Shown: piece after piece, positions 12,084 through 22,792 of the stretch
How positions within the stretch are numbered: the stretch's first letter is position 1
Layout: every line of letters starts with the position of its first letter
From: a phage
DNA: 64,000 nucleotides
Assembly: GCA_012441205.1 (NCBI GenBank)
Contig: GCA_012441205.1_4705.1
Reading direction: 5' to 3' (one strand)
Translations under genes and position numbers: made by a program
Notes under the pieces: model-generated
What the model saw: the letters and a program-made list of their open reading frames with translations, nothing else
Told to the model about the DNA's origin: nothing
Databases searched by the model: none

Positions 12084-12416
12084 TTAAAGTTTTAACGTAT
12101 TGACGCCGCTTATAAAGGCGTTGATTTCATTGTCAATATTACCAGTTTGCTCGATAATCTTCTCCACGGTCAATCTTGGTTTGTTGTAAGCGATACATAC
12201 AGCATCGGGACCATTTCCATACATGCTCGCGACGTAAATTCGAAGTTCTTTTAAACGATCAAGTAACAACTGTGTGATATCCAGAACTTCTTCTGTGGCG
12301 GTCTGTGTGTTGCATTCGCGTAACTTGTGTTCTAACAGCGAAGTCGCAGCATCGAGCATGGATGTGTATTTACGGTAGTTATAAATATCAATTATAGCTG
12401 TCTGATTCATATACAC
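12084..12416 (-). CDS. hypothetical protein
   Basis: 110-aa ORF. Confidence 0.4.
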   Translation of the reverse strand: MYMNQTAIIDIYNYRKYTSMLDAATSLLEHKLRECNTQTATEEVLDITQLLLDRLKELRIYVASMYGNGPDAVCIAYNKPRLTVEKIIEQTGNIDNEINAFISGVNTLKL

Positions 12417-12421
12417 GTTAT

Positions 12422-12790
12422 TTATTTATCGGGGTCTGGAAAATAGTAAAATCGCCAATGCAACATAGAAATCGCATTTCTTATTCGATTCGCACGAACA
12501 CGGCGTCCGAGAAAGGACTTGTAGCAAGAATCGCAATCCATAAACAACTCATGGCTCGATTTCATCAGAACCACGATATCTCTTATATACGAATTGCAGT
12601 ACTCGATAAACGGGTCTGTATCGTACGTATATTTCCTCGCACTACCTATCCCCAACCCTCTATTTAACTCACGACAATTTATCATGAGCTTCACATAACG
12701 GATAAGCCGAACGAAGTCACGTAAATTACGATTAAACCAATATCGATACCAAAATGACTGTATACTCCGAACAGTTCTATTTAACTTCAT
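12422..12790 (-). CDS. hypothetical protein
   Basis: 122-aa ORF. Confidence 0.4.
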   Translation of the reverse strand: MKLNRTVRSIQSFWYRYWFNRNLRDFVRLIRYVKLMINCRELNRGLGIGSARKYTYDTDPFIEYCNSYIRDIVVLMKSSHELFMDCDSCYKSFLGRRVRANRIRNAISMLHWRFYYFPDPDK

Positions 12791-13418
12791 TGATACCTTC
12801 TATTAGTTGTACAGCAACTTCTTTTTCGGTGCTATAAAAGAACTTGCGATGGAACTGAACAAGAAGTTTTTCGAATTTACATTGAACGATCTTTTTGCGT
12901 TCGATATGACCCAGGGAGAGCAAAGCACCCATGCAACGTACCGCTTGTTCGAGAACTTGTTTCGCGGTATCGTGATCGTCCGGTAACGGTAAATCTTCCT
13001 CATCGTCTTTAGCGATAAGGCGTCTGATGATGTTATCGATACGTATCTCATCACCGTTAATAAAAGCCCCCTTCTCCCAGTCATCGAATCGTTGATGGAT
13101 TCGACGTTGTAAGTTGGCCCTGTCTTCCATTAACTCTTTCAACTGGCTTTCTAAATGGGATACGGTACGGCGGTCGGTTTCAGTGAAGTTTTCCGATTCT
13201 TTGTACCACCAATCATTACGCGATAGTAAATCGTTAACGCGCGAAATCGTCCGACGACACTCACTAACAAGCCCGTCACCATTCGGTAGCTCTGTACCAA
13301 AATAGCATTTGTATTTATAACGCATAACACGGATTAAACGTTTCGCTAGAAAACCTTGCCTTTCCAGTTTCTTCTTCAGTTGTGTGTATTTCTCTTCTTT
13401 TGTTTCCATTAATTCCAT
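12777..13418 (-). CDS. hypothetical protein
   Basis: 213-aa ORF. Confidence 0.45.
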   Translation of the reverse strand: MELMETKEEKYTQLKKKLERQGFLAKRLIRVMRYKYKCYFGTELPNGDGLVSECRRTISRVNDLLSRNDWWYKESENFTETDRRTVSHLESQLKELMEDRANLQRRIHQRFDDWEKGAFINGDEIRIDNIIRRLIAKDDEEDLPLPDDHDTAKQVLEQAVRCMGALLSLGHIERKKIVQCKFEKLLVQFHRKFFYSTEKEVAVQLIEGINEVK

Positions 13419-13807
13419 GATGTTGTACCTCGTTCAGCAATCAGGAGAGTCGTGGTTGTGCTTTTCACTAATCTATTAAAGTCTTGATATATCCGCCTGA
13501 GGGATGATTTCAAATCACAATAACGGCTGAAATAAACCTTCAAGTCATCTTTTGTCACAGTCTCCGTATTTATTTTCGTAGAAACACCGAGATCGATAAA
13601 CTCTTTTCTTAATTGGGATAATTCATCAAGAAGTCGATGATGGCTTAGATAAATAACAGATTTATCGGATAACAACTCGCCGGTTATCCGGCTCTGGCGT
13701 TCATCGAAATATTGGAGCCGCCATTCAATTCGCTTACGTAATTTATCAAGTAAATCAACAAAAGCGGTATAGCTGTTAACGGCTAGGTTAACTTGACTCG
13801 TTATCAT
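13409..13807 (-). CDS. hypothetical protein
   Basis: 132-aa ORF. Confidence 0.4.
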   Translation of the reverse strand: MITSQVNLAVNSYTAFVDLLDKLRKRIEWRLQYFDERQSRITGELLSDKSVIYLSHHRLLDELSQLRKEFIDLGVSTKINTETVTKDDLKVYFSRYCDLKSSLRRIYQDFNRLVKSTTTTLLIAERGTTSWN

Positions 13808-14154
13808 TCCACTTTCTCCGTTATATGCTTTAAACTGTTACGTATACTTTTCAATCGATGGTTAAATCCGGAACGATAACATTTCCGTACATCCCGTGCT
13901 GATCGCGCTTTATTCGCCTGATTAAGCTGCTCATTCACCTGCGACGCTATACGTAAACGCTCTAATAAAGACCTCAACCGAACGACAACCAACGGCTGTT
14001 CTTTCACCTTCTCTAGTTTGAGTAAAGAGTCAATATGAAACTTTATTTCGATAATCTGATTCCTGTTTTTGCGGTACTGATGAATATACCAACATCGACG
14101 AAAATAGGCGATGTTTAGCATCGGGTAGATCCTTTTCAACGCTACCTCCAACAA
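13804..14154 (-). CDS. hypothetical protein
   Basis: 116-aa ORF; 4-nt overlap coupling. Confidence 0.4.
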   Translation of the reverse strand: MLEVALKRIYPMLNIAYFRRCWYIHQYRKNRNQIIEIKFHIDSLLKLEKVKEQPLVVVRLRSLLERLRIASQVNEQLNQANKARSARDVRKCYRSGFNHRLKSIRNSLKHITEKVE

Positions 14155-14339
14155 TACATCGGATTAGGCGCTTTATGGTATTTATAGATACCTACTTTCT
14201 TCTGTCTGCCTTTACCCGGGCCTCGTTTAATACGTTTGTTATAAACACGATCCAAATATCGATCAACGATAAATCGGGATAAATACACCGGATCGATATA
14301 AGCCAGGGTACCCGCTTCTGTTTCTTCGAGACATTGCAT
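14142..14339 (-). CDS. small highly basic protein
   Basis: 65 aa, KRIKRGPGKGRQKKVGIYKYHK. Confidence 0.3.
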   Translation of the reverse strand: MQCLEETEAGTLAYIDPVYLSRFIVDRYLDRVYNKRIKRGPGKGRQKKVGIYKYHKAPNPMYCWR

Positions 14340-14365
14340 GCGTAACCTCTCTTTCCTCTAAAAAG

Positions 14366-14572
14366 TCAGTCCAACATAAGCCATGGCATCGCTTTCGCGA
14401 TAGAATCCACCGCAGCATTTGCGATCCTTCGTTCGGTGGTTGGTACCACATGCGCCACGAACCGTTTTCCTTTATTGCAACCTTTCTTGTGTTTTCCTTT
14501 GACTAAACGAACACCAATCATGTCGTTGATAACATGATTTAGTATATGGCGCTGTAGAGAATTAATCATCAC
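14366..14572 (-). CDS. small highly basic protein
   Basis: 68 aa, KGKHKKGCNKGKRF. Confidence 0.3.
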   Translation of the reverse strand: MMINSLQRHILNHVINDMIGVRLVKGKHKKGCNKGKRFVAHVVPTTERRIANAAVDSIAKAMPWLMLD

Positions 14573-14738
14573 TTTTACTCCAGGCCGAGAAGATTCTCGG
14601 TTTTAGTTCTATCTGTCCGCATATCCAGGTGTATCTCCATTTACCTTTACGAGGACCTTTCTTATTTTTAACACCTATCAGAATACGATAGGGATATGAC
14701 CAAGCCATTCTAAACTCCTAAAATAAATCTCGATATTC

Positions 14739-15065
14739 TTAATGCAGTTGCTTCTTAAAACCTAATTTAAGAAGCGTCATTCTCTTGTCGATGGTATCTA
14801 ATGCTTCCAGCAAGGATTCACGCTGTTCTTTCGTAAGCATATCGACGCGTAGACGTTCGTTAATTTCCGCTTTAAGCTGTATAGGAAGGGTTTGTGTAAG
14901 TATGCTATCAGCCTCCATCTCGTAACTATTTTTCGGTGTGGGTAATGCTTCAGTAACACCAGTGAGATAAAAACCGATAGTGGTTACTCGTTCATCCATT
15001 GCTTCTAGCAGTTCAGAACTTACCTCATCCACGATAGTTCTCCGTATTAGGGTGGGCGTACCCAC
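14739..15065 (-). CDS. hypothetical protein
   Basis: 108-aa ORF; start may be further downstream. Confidence 0.4.
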   Translation of the reverse strand: MGTPTLIRRTIVDEVSSELLEAMDERVTTIGFYLTGVTEALPTPKNSYEMEADSILTQTLPIQLKAEINERLRVDMLTKEQRESLLEALDTIDKRMTLLKLGFKKQLH

Positions 15066-15079
15066 CCTCAGTTGTTAAT

Positions 15080-16099
15080 TTACACCGCCACCTTAGCCTT
15101 GATAGCGGGGTGTGATTGATATCCGACGAACACAAAGTCTTCGTAACGGTAATCCGTAATACTTTCTGGTTTACGTACGATTGTTAGCTTCGGTAATGGA
15201 TACGGCTCACGACTAAGTTGTTCTTTAACCTGTTCGAAATGGTTGTGATAGATATGACAATCTCCACCTGTCCACACGAACTCACCAACGTCCATATTCA
15301 GCTGTTGGGCAAGCATATGTGTTAACAACGAGTATGATGCGACGTTAAAGCTCCAACCCAAGAGCGTGTCGCACGAACGTTGATAAAGCTGACAGGATAA
15401 AGCACGTGTTGGTACGTTATGCGCATTCAACCAGAGTTCTGTTTCACTGTGTCGTACATCATCCGTAACCCACTGGGTTCTTAGTACGTCATTGCGCTGG
15501 ACATAATCAACGCGTTCATCGATCGTGAGTTCGTGGGTATAGAACTGATAGAATGAATGGCACGGAGCGAGATGCATATCGTCTAAATCACCTACGTTCC
15601 ACGCGCTAACGATGATTCGTCGAGAATCAGGATCTTCTTTGAGTTGACGCATCATGTTTGCGATTTGGTCGTGGTGTTTAACATACAAGAGATGTTTGAC
15701 CATACCGGCGTCAACAACACCGCAATACTCATAGCCGCGTTGCATCAACTCACGAGTACGTTCTGTATCATGCGGAACAACCACTTTGTAGTCAATCCAT
15801 TCTCGCCATTGTCTGCCGTAAATCGGTCCTAGATTCCCTTCCTTATCAGCCCATTCATTCCAAATACGAACACCGTTATCTTGAAGATAAGCAACGTTTG
15901 TGTCGCCGTTAAGAAACCAGAGCAGTTCGTGGATAACGCTCTTAAGGTGAATCTTCTTGGTGGTTACCAGCGGAAATCCTTTCTTCAAGTCAAAACGCAT
16001 CTGACGCCCGAATACCGAACGGGTCCCGGTGCCCGTGCGGTCGGCCTTATCGCGACCGTTATCCATGATGTCTTGCAAAAGGTCCAAATACTGTTTCAT
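15080..16099 (-). CDS. thyA: thymidylate synthase with two insertions
   Basis: [70 protein letters not shown] and C-terminal [10 protein letters not shown] follow E. coli ThyA; 339 aa versus about 264 aa, with insertions after the REW and FYQFY segments. Confidence 0.85.
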   Translation of the reverse strand: MKQYLDLLQDIMDNGRDKADRTGTGTRSVFGRQMRFDLKKGFPLVTTKKIHLKSVIHELLWFLNGDTNVAYLQDNGVRIWNEWADKEGNLGPIYGRQWREWIDYKVVVPHDTERTRELMQRGYEYCGVVDAGMVKHLLYVKHHDQIANMMRQLKEDPDSRRIIVSAWNVGDLDDMHLAPCHSFYQFYTHELTIDERVDYVQRNDVLRTQWVTDDVRHSETELWLNAHNVPTRALSCQLYQRSCDTLLGWSFNVASYSLLTHMLAQQLNMDVGEFVWTGGDCHIYHNHFEQVKEQLSREPYPLPKLTIVRKPESITDYRYEDFVFVGYQSHPAIKAKVAV

Positions 16100-16308
16100 T
16101 TTAATCCTCTAAGTGTTTCGAGTAGTTCCTGAAATTTATAACGATATTTAGGATTGCTTAACGTGTAACAGCAGCCATGTAACACGTTATACGCGTAATC
16201 AACTTGTAAACCATGAACCTTCGGATCCGATGATAGATTCAATGGCACATCATCAAAAATCCACGCTTCAATGTTCTTCTTAGATTCCTTCGTTAACATC
16301 GTTTTCAC
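16096..16308 (-). CDS. hypothetical protein
   Basis: 70-aa ORF, 4-nt overlap with thyA start. Confidence 0.4.
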   Translation of the reverse strand: MKTMLTKESKKNIEAWIFDDVPLNLSSDPKVHGLQVDYAYNVLHGCCYTLSNPKYRYKFQELLETLRGLK

Positions 16309-16372
16309 CTCGTAGTAAAAATAAATAGAGTTTTTGTCGAGACGCCCTAATTACTTACAACGTAGGTTATCC

Positions 16373-17356
16373 TCAATAACGACCGTAGCGTTCCTCGAGC
16401 CGTTTTGGTTTTCTCAGAAGGCTATCTTTAAGTGGTACGACGTCGATATCAACACTCTCTGAGTAATAGCCGTTAGAACTACCATACCAACGGATAACAA
16501 CACAACCCTTTGCAGTACGGATATGGTAAAATGTCCATTGTATACGTTCGCTGTAATAACCGTAGTTATCGGTTCTTTCCTCGGTTCTTTCTTCAGCACT
16601 GAGTATCTTTTCACCGATGATATCATTAATATCGCCGTCAATGTCTTCAAGATACACCTCTTCGCAGCAATCCTGCTGATGACAGAATTCGACAACGTTT
16701 CCATCACCACGATAGAAAAGAAGGGCGATACCGTTTCGTAATTGCTCGCTCGTTACATCAGACACACAATGCAAACTTTTATCGTCGGTAATCACCAAGA
16801 CGTTGTTGATTACATGTCCGGCAAGCGCTCCGATCTTATTTACCGTGATAATCGGACGAACCGGTTCAGATTGAACGATAGGAATACGGACACAACCAAT
16901 TAAAGCCATCCGTCCTTTCTTTGGTCTAACCGCAAGGTAAGGTGATTTTCTTGGGTGGTTATGCAGACGTATTTCTAATTCGTCAAATTTAATCCCGTAT
17001 ATACCTAAGAAACGATCGAACAACCGATGAAACTCATCTGTTGCTTCTTCCAACGTTATGGTGTCTACCGTGAGTTTATGTCCCCTGAACACCCGGGTTA
17101 TATCGATAACGTCCAGTGTTTTAAAATGTATTTCCGTAAGGGGGTGATTTGTATTTTCCAGGTAAGTAATTGTTCTTTGAACCACGATTTTAGGTTGCGC
17201 ACCTTTAAAACGTTTCAGGTATTTAACACGATAGCGTGTATGATCTGATGTTAACATTTTAATCTCCTCTCCCGACTTCAGAGAATTCTTAAAATCCGTT
17301 AGTTTTGATAGATAGGGTAAGACGGCATAAAAGCCTCCCATTACGGGAGGCTTCAT
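16373..17356 (-). CDS. hypothetical protein
   Basis: 327-aa ORF. Confidence 0.5.
   Translation of the reverse strand: MKPPVMGGFYAVLPYLSKLTDFKNSLKSGEEIKMLTSDHTRYRVKYLKRFKGAQPKIVVQRTITYLENTNHPLTEIHFKTLDVIDITRVFRGHKLTVDTITLEEATDEFHRLFDRFLGIYGIKFDELEIRLHNHPRKSPYLAVRPKKGRMALIGCVRIPIVQSEPVRPIITVNKIGALAGHVINNVLVITDDKSLHCVSDVTSEQLRNGIALLFYRGDGNVVEFCHQQDCCEEVYLEDIDGDINDIIGEKILSAEERTEERTDNYGYYSERIQWTFYHIRTAKGCVVIRWYGSSNGYYSESVDIDVVPLKDSLLRKPKRLEERYGRY
17326..17353 (-). terminator. GC hairpin + TTTATGC-type terminator
   Basis: gcataaaagcctccc-atta-cgggaggct just downstream of the 17365..17634 gene end. Confidence 0.45.
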
Positions 17357-17364
17357 TAATCAGC

Positions 17365-17634
17365 TTATTTCACGTTAGAATCGAGAACCTCACGAACGGT
17401 TTTATCCGTACAACCACGAGCGATGTATGCATTAAGATCATCACGTAATTTACGCATCGTTGTTTTATCCGCATCAGAAACATCTGACTTGGTAAGACGG
17501 AATGCGATTGCATCGCGAATTTTATTCAACGTTGCTGGGTTATTACGCTGTTCTGCAAATACCGCTTTGATGAACTTATCGCTATCTTTCGAAGCAATAG
17601 CAGCATCAAGAATCTCAATATGCTTTTCAGACAT
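17365..17634 (-). CDS. hypothetical protein
   Basis: 89-aa ORF. Confidence 0.45.
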   Translation of the reverse strand: MSEKHIEILDAAIASKDSDKFIKAVFAEQRNNPATLNKIRDAIAFRLTKSDVSDADKTTMRKLRDDLNAYIARGCTDKTVREVLDSNVK

Positions 17635-17685
17635 CTTCTTTCCTTTATTAAACGATCATCGTCATATTCATTGCGCGTGACGTCG

Positions 17686-18939
17686 TCACTTCAGAAGCTT
17701 AGACATCGCCATGCTTCGCGCCTTCGCAACGTCATACGCATCCATGATCGCGTCACCGATAGCGGTATGACGGATCAACGGAATACCCATATCTGGATAC
17801 TCTTTGGTACCTAAGATGGATACCGGTTTGTCTTGATATGCGGCAATCATCGAACGGATATCCTGAACCTGGTTATAACGACAAACTGGCTTAAAGCCTG
17901 CTTTACGGAACCAATGCTCTAATTGAGGCCAATCTGTTTCACCGCGAGCAAGATAATAGAAGGTATCCTTACCGTAGTAATCAGTAAACACTTCACGAAT
18001 TGTGTTAATAAACTCGTTTACTTCGGCGATGGCTTCTTTATAATCCATCACTTTACTATGTTGAAAACAATAGTCACGCGCTTCCTTCGGTGCTTTGGTT
18101 TGCCACCATTCTACCGTTGATTCACTGATACGACCACCGTCGGCGATTTGACCGTGAACGTCAGGGAAGATATCTATACGTGGACCGTTAGCGATGGATT
18201 CCGGATTAGCTAGATCAAAGAACACCATACCGATTTCCAGCAGTACCCCGTTCTTTTCCAGACTGAGATTCTCAACATCCAGACAAAAAGCGGGTTTCTC
18301 TACCGTTGAAAGATCAAAACGTCCCTCATATCGTGGTGCTGGCTCGGCACCAAGGAACGTCTCTCGGATGAACTGTGAGAATGTTATATTCTCTGCTACT
18401 AAATCAATACCCAATTTACTTAACAAAGGTATAAGTTCACGATCGTTCTGCTGAATTAGCAACATTACTTGGTCGTTGACACAACAACTAATTGAGTAAA
18501 AGAGATGAACGATATCTAACGGTTTGTACGGAGCCTCAAAAATATGTGTCCGGAACGATTGGGCTAGCGCCTTATGCGTTTCTTCGCGATGATTCATCAG
18601 TCGGTAAATAGCGCAGCGCAGATAATGTCGAAGTGTTATCTCGTGAAGATGTGACGTATCTTCTTGAAATAACGTCATGAAACCGTGATATGTATAATAC
18701 TCTCCTCTTTTAATTTCTTCGTGGAGTTCTTTGTTCCCCTTTATTTCTTCTGGTGTTATCGGGTCGATCTGATCATGGATAACGTTGAGTAGATCATCGC
18801 CGTGTACCTTAAACAGTTTTTCAACGTCAAGATTAGGTAATGTCGCAATCGCCGCGTACATTAATGTTTCTGCGGGATTAAGTTCTTTATTGTCGATTGT
18901 GATGGTTAAAGCCATTTTATTATACCTCATCGAAATCAA
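17686..18939 (-). CDS. protein with C-terminal DEDDh-type 3'-5' exonuclease domain
   Basis: Exo I-like LDVENL and Exo III-like HTAIGDAIMDA (H-x-A-x2-D-A); N-terminal domain unassigned. Confidence 0.5.
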   Translation of the reverse strand: MISMRYNKMALTITIDNKELNPAETLMYAAIATLPNLDVEKLFKVHGDDLLNVIHDQIDPITPEEIKGNKELHEEIKRGEYYTYHGFMTLFQEDTSHLHEITLRHYLRCAIYRLMNHREETHKALAQSFRTHIFEAPYKPLDIVHLFYSISCCVNDQVMLLIQQNDRELIPLLSKLGIDLVAENITFSQFIRETFLGAEPAPRYEGRFDLSTVEKPAFCLDVENLSLEKNGVLLEIGMVFFDLANPESIANGPRIDIFPDVHGQIADGGRISESTVEWWQTKAPKEARDYCFQHSKVMDYKEAIAEVNEFINTIREVFTDYYGKDTFYYLARGETDWPQLEHWFRKAGFKPVCRYNQVQDIRSMIAAYQDKPVSILGTKEYPDMGIPLIRHTAIGDAIMDAYDVAKARSMAMSKLLK

Positions 18940-18959
18940 ATTAGTTCAGTTCTGGTTTA

Positions 18960-19295
18960 TCATTCCGGTCTATCAGCAGCCAGACCAAGTCCAGTCAGCA
19001 TCACGTAGTCGTACCAAGCTTTTACTTTTGCTTTCGCCTCATCTAAACTGAATGCGTTGATGTGCGGAAACTCATCGTTGACCGGGAAAGGTAAATCGCA
19101 GTCGTAGCTTGTATAGTCTTTCCAACCTTTCCATTCGATAGTTAGAGAACCAAAAACGGTCTCAGCGACAACATGGTTATAGCGACATTCTTCACACGGC
19201 GAGCGCTCTTCCGACCAAACAAGCTCATGCTGCGCTAAAAGTTGTTGTATGACCGATAACGGCTGCTCTTCATTAAGTTCGATGCTGTCTATCAT
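18960..19295 (-). CDS. hypothetical protein
   Basis: 111-aa ORF. Confidence 0.4.
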   Translation of the reverse strand: MIDSIELNEEQPLSVIQQLLAQHELVWSEERSPCEECRYNHVVAETVFGSLTIEWKGWKDYTSYDCDLPFPVNDEFPHINAFSLDEAKAKVKAWYDYVMLTGLGLAADRPE

Positions 19296-19888
19296 CGTAT
19301 ACCCTCCTTTTCCTTATCGTAATCGCTGCAAATATTGACAAACGCAGTATTATCAGACAGCGTGGCGACCATCTGACGGATTGCGTCCAACGGTTCAAGT
19401 TTAGGATTGATTGATTCACCGGTCAACGCGCTTATTGCTCGTGTGATCTCAACCAAATCAACGTTCGGGTCATTATCATCGATGATGAGCAGACTCTTCG
19501 CCGGTTTCTGACGACGTTTGACGATCAACAAATACGTGATGAGGTTCTCACGCCAAGCGTCAGAATCCAGATTGCGTATTACGGTTAACGCACGACGCTC
19601 TTCCGCCCATGATGGTTTCTCACGGATAACAGGCATGTAAGATAACTGCTCAGCAAGTCCTTTCAAACTGACACGGTTGGTACCACCAGGATGCTCACTA
19701 ATCCGCAACATCTCGGTTAACAGACGGACATAGGCGGCTGTTGTCGAAACACCCCTCAACGGCAGGAACACATTATATCCTGGGACACCATCGTGACTCA
19801 GCGGTGCGATATACGCCATGAATCGCCGAATATCATCATCGGTCTGTTCTCCAGCAACGAACTTAAACGCTTCACGTAAAACGCTCAC
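19292..19888 (-). CDS. hypothetical protein
   Basis: 198-aa ORF. Confidence 0.45.
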   Translation of the reverse strand: MSVLREAFKFVAGEQTDDDIRRFMAYIAPLSHDGVPGYNVFLPLRGVSTTAAYVRLLTEMLRISEHPGGTNRVSLKGLAEQLSYMPVIREKPSWAEERRALTVIRNLDSDAWRENLITYLLIVKRRQKPAKSLLIIDDNDPNVDLVEITRAISALTGESINPKLEPLDAIRQMVATLSDNTAFVNICSDYDKEKEGIR

Positions 19889-20174
19889 TATGAAGTCTCC
19901 TTAATGTTTCTTGTATACGCAGTCTCTCCGGCAGGTACAGACGTTTGTATAGATCAATTAACAGATAACGCATAACGGAAGCAACCACCAGGTATTCACC
20001 TTCAGCTTCCGAATAACGTATCATGTTAATTGGGTAGTTCAAATAAGAATAAGAAAAGAGATCATCGTTGGTAAGGTGATGATCTTCAAGATACTGACGA
20101 AACAATTTTGCTAAGGCATCGTACTCCATTCCGTAGTAACACAACGACACCTGTCTTGCAGATAGTCGTTTCAT
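19872..20174 (-). CDS. hypothetical protein
   Basis: 100-aa ORF. Confidence 0.4.
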   Translation of the reverse strand: MKRLSARQVSLCYYGMEYDALAKLFRQYLEDHHLTNDDLFSYSYLNYPINMIRYSEAEGEYLVVASVMRYLLIDLYKRLYLPERLRIQETLRRLHSERFT

Positions 20175-21013
20175 GCTGGGTTACCTTTTAGTTTTCCACG
20201 TATCATGTCGACAACGCGTGAGGGATCAGAAATAACATTGGCGATAAGATGATCGATAGGTAGGTCGAGAATGATATTCTTCAGCTGGAAAGCCGTATCT
20301 TTACGACGCACGCCGTAGAACACGCCATCTTTAAACACAACCTCGTACGAAATGGGGAGCTGGCTAATAACCGTGTTAGCGTAATCACCCAACCACATCG
20401 ACCCCGCCATCAGATGCGCACAAACCGCATGACTAATACGCACATCTTTGTTCTTCCGGCTAACGTCTTTGGTTTTCGACATGGTAACCAGAAGCTCACC
20501 GATCTTACTCAGCATATCGTCGTATACCCCAAAGAACTTAATCAGTTGTCGGGCACCTAACGATATATATGTTTCTCGTGGTAAGACACAACACACCTGC
20601 GGTAACGTTCCAACCCCATAGACACAACTGTGTGGCGATAATGGGAGCAAATCAGCAACCGCGTTCTTGATGTTGTTATACTCAACGATATCGTTGAACG
20701 GTGAAAGGCCTTTCGTAATCGGTTTATCGAGCGTTACATCAAACTCCGCGAATGTCCATGCTGCTTTACGGGTTTCCCCCTTCTGGTACGGTGGAGCCAA
20801 TACCGCAACAACGCGAAGCCGATATTCGTGGGTATCACGTAGCTTAAGTTGTATACCATCATCGTCGCCTTTACGCACCAGTAGGTAGCGGCTCGCACAA
20901 CCATCGCAGACCACCGTTGGTTCATGTTGACCGTATGCTGCAAGCATCGGTTTACTAAGATCTTTATCGCAATGACCGCAGCGATGATCCTGTTCCTGAT
21001 AACTGATTTTCAC
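20171..21013 (-). CDS. hypothetical protein with N-terminal zinc-ribbon (CxxC...CxxC)
   Basis: HRCGHCDK...VVCDGCASRY. Confidence 0.45.
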   Translation of the reverse strand: MKISYQEQDHRCGHCDKDLSKPMLAAYGQHEPTVVCDGCASRYLLVRKGDDDGIQLKLRDTHEYRLRVVAVLAPPYQKGETRKAAWTFAEFDVTLDKPITKGLSPFNDIVEYNNIKNAVADLLPLSPHSCVYGVGTLPQVCCVLPRETYISLGARQLIKFFGVYDDMLSKIGELLVTMSKTKDVSRKNKDVRISHAVCAHLMAGSMWLGDYANTVISQLPISYEVVFKDGVFYGVRRKDTAFQLKNIILDLPIDHLIANVISDPSRVVDMIRGKLKGNPA

Positions 21014-21029
21014 GTTGTCAACTCCCTTA

Positions 21030-21992
21030 TTAGTGAAGTACGCGATTGGTAGGAACGGTCACCGAACCGCAAGGGTTCAGATTCGTTGTTTCACGATCTG
21101 GGCTGAAACGGCGACTATTTTCTTCGTGATGTTTAACCGGATCGTCTTGCATCACGATTTCGATAGCTTCCTCAAACGACAGTTCCCGGTATCCGGCACG
21201 ATACAAGAACAACGGCCCGTCGGTTTCCAAACCCTCCACAAAACCCTTCGATAACCAAACACTACCATCGGCACTGTAAAGAATGGGTTCGACATCATAA
21301 TCGAAAACGTATTGGTACCAGTAATTAAACAGTTGGGCGATCCAACGATTGCGCAATAAATAATCGATTACTACAGCACTTTGTAGAATATGACTCCAGA
21401 TTATCTTTTCATTTTCCGTCTTCTGTAATAGCACACCACTTGTTGCTTGATGTACAGTGTACTTAAACAACCAAGCAAGGTTGGTGGCAAAAGCTGCAGC
21501 CAGATTTATATCTGGGAAATAACGTGCGGGTAAAACCAGATGTGGACGGTAAGCAGCAATCAGCGCTTCGTTAACTTCATCGCCTTCGACACAGATAACT
21601 CCATTTGTGGTCAGATGCCCCTGGTTCAATGATTGATCGATATAAAGATTACCTATCATTTCAACATGTTCAGTGCTTCCTAGAGGCAGTTCCGACATAA
21701 ATCGATCAAGGTCGACCTCTAACGTCGTGTTTACGACAAACGGATTGACCGGCCGGTTTAAATTAGGAAAAGTAATCGACCAAACCGCCTCGTGCTTCTC
21801 ATCAGCACTAACAAAGGAAACCCGGCGTTCAGCGTCACAATCGAGAACATAAGGTCTTAGTGTTTGATGACAATTCGAACAAACGTAACGGGCATCACGG
21901 ATAGGTGTGCTCGATATTACTTCGTAACGAATGGATGAAAGCGGGATTTCACATTCACAATGCGGGCACTCATTTTTGATGGTTATTTTCAT
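21030..21992 (-). CDS. hypothetical protein with N-terminal zinc-ribbon
   Basis: ECPHCECEIP...YVCSNCHQTL. Confidence 0.45.
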   Translation of the reverse strand: MKITIKNECPHCECEIPLSSIRYEVISSTPIRDARYVCSNCHQTLRPYVLDCDAERRVSFVSADEKHEAVWSITFPNLNRPVNPFVVNTTLEVDLDRFMSELPLGSTEHVEMIGNLYIDQSLNQGHLTTNGVICVEGDEVNEALIAAYRPHLVLPARYFPDINLAAAFATNLAWLFKYTVHQATSGVLLQKTENEKIIWSHILQSAVVIDYLLRNRWIAQLFNYWYQYVFDYDVEPILYSADGSVWLSKGFVEGLETDGPLFLYRAGYRELSFEEAIEIVMQDDPVKHHEENSRRFSPDRETTNLNPCGSVTVPTNRVLH

Positions 21993-22255
21993 TGTTGAAT
22001 TCCTTTTGATAAGAATAACTGAATATCGGTAAATTGTTCTTCAGGAACATCGTCGGCAGCCGTTAGAACCTTAGGGCCATGTTCGTTGAGGTAAGCTTCC
22101 CGTTGAAGATGATAAAGTCGATTGGCTTCTTGGAACTCAGTGTCTATCATGTAAACCAGCGTAAACTTCGAACGTTTATTCGGATTATATCTCTTATTAC
22201 GTTTCTTTGGTTTCTTCGTCATAATAGCCTCGTGAAGGTGGATGGGTACACCCAT
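21989..22255 (-). CDS. hypothetical protein
   Basis: 88-aa ORF. Confidence 0.4.
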   Translation of the reverse strand: MGVPIHLHEAIMTKKPKKRNKRYNPNKRSKFTLVYMIDTEFQEANRLYHLQREAYLNEHGPKVLTAADDVPEEQFTDIQLFLSKGIQQ

Positions 22256-22270
22256 CCACCTTCCTCCATG

Positions 22271-22792
22271 TTAAAGTGCGTTCAATTCTTCAGGTGTACG
22301 TACGGTACGCGTGTTGGGATCAACCATTGCTGGCACACCCGCTGGACATTTACGGACATCGATCCGCATCTCCGGCTCGATCGGACGAACGCGATACGTT
22401 TTGCCGTCATCGGTTAACACCGAAATGGTCAACGCTTGGTTCAATTCACTAACGAAGTTCACCAAACGCTGTTGTCCGCCCTTCGACCAGAAGTTAAGAT
22501 CGGTTTCTCCATTGAAATAACTGATTCCTTCCGCGGTTCCAATCGTGATTTTAACGATACCCGGATAGTCACGAAGAAGAGGTGCCTGATAACCTTCATC
22601 TTCCGTATCCAGTTTTACCCACGCGCCTCCCGTAGACAAACAGTTAACTTCCAAGGCGGTTGGTGCGCTGACTTCCGCCGATGACCAGGTATACATCGTG
22701 CCTAGTTTAGCGTGTCCGGTTTCCAGCTCGCTGTAATCCCAAGCATGTGCTGATGCCGTAATAAATAAAGCCGCAAGAAACAACTTTTTCAT
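22271..22792 (-). CDS. secreted or periplasmic protein (signal peptide)
   Basis: N-terminal MKKLFLAALFITASAHA is a typical Sec signal peptide with AxA cleavage site. Confidence 0.5.
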   Translation of the reverse strand: MKKLFLAALFITASAHAWDYSELETGHAKLGTMYTWSSAEVSAPTALEVNCLSTGGAWVKLDTEDEGYQAPLLRDYPGIVKITIGTAEGISYFNGETDLNFWSKGGQQRLVNFVSELNQALTISVLTDDGKTYRVRPIEPEMRIDVRKCPAGVPAMVDPNTRTVRTPEELNAL

